This document shows, in pieces, positions 63,795 through 64,000 of a DNA stretch of 64,000 bases (position 1 is its first letter; every line of letters starts with the position of its first letter). Below the pieces are notes generated by a model. That model worked only from the letters and a program-made list of their open reading frames with translations, searched no databases and was not told where the DNA came from. Both the position numbers and the translations under genes were made by a program. Source of the stretch: Rhizaria sp. SCN 62-66 (lineage: Eukaryota); the NCBI GenBank assembly GCA_001724265.1, contig MEDY01000147.1, forward strand, positions 1 through 64,000, written 5' to 3'.

Positions 63795-64000
63795 GTACGT
63801 CAAGTCACCAACAAGAGCAACTTTTAACAAACCAATGCAGGTCGTGTTTGTGTTGTTAGCAACAGGTTTACCTCCACAAATTCGTGGTGTGTCACAATTT
63901 CCGGCTGCATTCTTATAGATAACATGCAAATAACTTTAGTTCTTCTTCATATTTAAAATTTTTTTCTTTCTGTCGTGTCATTGCGCCTGTCGCAGAGAAA

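Noticed and set aside
1-64000. rRNA, tRNA, CRISPR arrays, transposases or integrated viral genes
   Set aside because: No diagnostic motifs, spaced direct repeats, terminal inverted repeats or RT/integrase/capsid signatures were recognised. A covariance-model search would be needed to exclude small RNAs.

Overview
Gene-dense nuclear DNA from a GC-rich, probably flagellated unicellular eukaryote (IFT172 present, SPO11-2-like gene, short spliceosomal GT-AG introns of about 117-376 nt). I can model 15 protein-coding genes: RPL30 (partial), SPO11, SGF29, BPNT1, a 1191-codon low-complexity orphan, an ~8090-codon intronless TAF1B/RRN7-like giant, UTP15, eIF2-alpha, a bacterial/phage-type FDWDDN HAD hydrolase, CDC45, a PSTAIRE CDK, CCDC86/CGR1, a secreted polycationic repeat protein, IFT172 and a partial DUF1336/EDR2-C gene. 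Main observations: (1) Three genes are each broken by a single in-frame TAG in a Gln or Ser-Gln context, with the frame staying open on both sides, while the 13 modelled gene ends use only TAA (10) or TGA (3). This suggests a variant nuclear code with UAG read as sense (probably Gln), or efficient UAG readthrough. (2) A 12-mer, GTGACYGTGAGC, recurs at least 12 times on both strands and in all five stop-free reading frames, so it looks like a DNA-level signal inside coding sequence. (3) The 5' splice consensus is GTAC(GT). (4) Some conserved regulatory residues are altered (eIF2-alpha Ser51-equivalent is Thr; CDK T-loop Thr is Lys). No rRNA, tRNA, CRISPR array or recognisable transposon was seen. 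All homology calls come from recalled motifs, not database searches.
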